A stretch of DNA of 33,960 bases from Octopus bimaculoides (taxonomy: Eukaryota). The stretch spans positions 78,713,183 through 78,747,142 of the forward strand of contig NC_068986.1 in assembly GCF_001194135.2 (NCBI RefSeq), written 5' to 3'. The position numbers were made by a program, and so were the translations under genes. This document shows positions 33,606 through 33,960 of this stretch, one piece after another. Within the stretch, counting starts at the first letter, position 1, and each line of letters starts with the position of its first letter. A model generated the notes under the pieces. It was given only the letters and a program-made list of their open reading frames with translations. It was not told where the DNA came from and did not search any database.

Positions 33606-33930
33606 TCTTTTATTCTTTTATTTGTCTCAGTTATTTGAAAGCGCACCGCCTTTTGGTCGAAGAAATCGACTTCAGGACTTCTTCTATTGTACACTTTTGC
33701 CGAATCACTAAGTTACGGGGACATAAACACACTAACATCGGCTATTAAGCGATGGCGGTGGCACAAACACACACACACACTCATATATATATATGAAGGG
33801 CTTCTTTTAGTTTCTGTCTACCAAATCCACTTACAAAGATCTGGTCGGCCCGAGGTTATAGTCGAAGACACTTGCCGAAGGTGCTACACAGTGGGACTGA
33901 ACTCGAAACCACACAGCCATGCCCGCGCCT
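33606..33930 (-). mobile_element. tRNA-derived SINE, near full length with a deletion between the A and B boxes
   Basis: Minus strand aggcgcgggcatggctgtgtgg (A box) fused to tttcgagttcagtcccactg (B box), then the family body, central TA/TG tract and 3' body. Confidence 0.85.
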
Positions 33931-33960
33931 ATATATGTATATATGAGGAGACTCCCTTCG

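Noticed and set aside
5564-33748. Many YIYI, CVCV, HTHT, poly-M/I/L/D/N ORFs
   Set aside because: Translations of di-, tri- and tetranucleotide microsatellites.

Overview
AT-rich, microsatellite-saturated eukaryotic DNA from a draft assembly with nine N gaps (2609-3248, 7290-7299, 9829-9838, 15855-15918, 18684-18852, 22550-23453, 24892-25855, 29238-29320, 30505-31255). The dominant tRNA-derived SINE matches, from recall, the abundant octopus family, so the source is probably a cephalopod (inference). No complete gene, rRNA, true tRNA or CRISPR array is supported. Almost all listed ORFs are microsatellite, N-gap or antisense artefacts. Most recognisable sequence is decayed mobile DNA: three R4/Dong-type RLE LINE fragments, four Penelope-like element (PLE) fragments (one with a hammerhead ribozyme motif), a mariner fragment, a MITE and about eight SINE pieces. 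The most interesting non-TE signal is a roughly 6.5-6.9 kb-period segmental duplication (about 19.9-21.8 kb vs 26.4-28.7 kb). Its 264-bp core is 98% identical while a linked block is 79% identical. The core reads on the minus strand as a spliced terminal exon with stop and AATAAA. A further candidate minus-strand exon (33124-33335) has a loose PEBP-like motif pattern. Together these suggest a tandem pair of an unidentified minus-strand gene, but this is not proven.
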